Origin: Bugula neritina
Taxonomy: Eukaryota; Animalia; Bryozoa
Direction of reading: 5' to 3'
Assembly (NCBI GenBank): GCA_964035545.1
Contig: OZ037768.1
Coordinates: forward strand, 17,281,875-17,345,874
Length of the DNA stretch: 64,000 nt
Shown here: one piece after another, positions 63,853 through 64,000 of the stretch
Layout of the letters: each line of letters begins with the position of its first letter
Numbering within the stretch: the stretch's first letter is position 1
Translations under genes and position numbers: made by a program
The notes under the pieces: model-generated
What the model saw: the letters and a program-made list of their open reading frames with translations, nothing else
The model's database searches: none
Told to the model about the DNA's origin: nothing

Positions 63853-64000
63853 CTGTAAAACACATATATAACTTTTTATGTTACCTCATGAGACATTTTT
63901 ATAGCATCAGAAATTCAATGTTTGTGTGAACAGAGAAGTGATGGCTAACCTGACTTTGCTAATATATATGAATCACGAAATGTATATTTAGTTGGCATGT

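Overview
AT-rich, intron-containing eukaryotic (invertebrate-like) genomic DNA. The first 27 kb hold a cluster of seven three-coding-exon CD225/dispanin (IFITM/PRRT-like) genes, which the ORF track only partly shows. Exon 2 (the CD225 domain) is strongly conserved and shows signs of gene conversion. Exon 3 encodes very different predicted lumenal/extracellular tails: Trp/Tyr-rich, Tyr-rich with N-glycosylation sequons, Asp/Trp/His repeats, or Gly/His repeats. Three of the genes lie in a ~2.95-kb tandem triplication. The rest of the window has a RECQL gene with an uninterrupted CDS, a ~670-bp fold-back palindrome, an intact young Gypsy (Mag-like) LTR retrotransposon with identical 145-bp LTRs, an SBSPON-like gene, SBDS and the 3' part of USP40. 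It also has decayed CR1/L2-like and RTE-like LINE fragments, a hAT-like MITE, tRNA-derived SINEs and (TA)n tracts. All gene models were built by hand from GT-AG sites, phase and recalled family motifs; no database search or transcript evidence was available.
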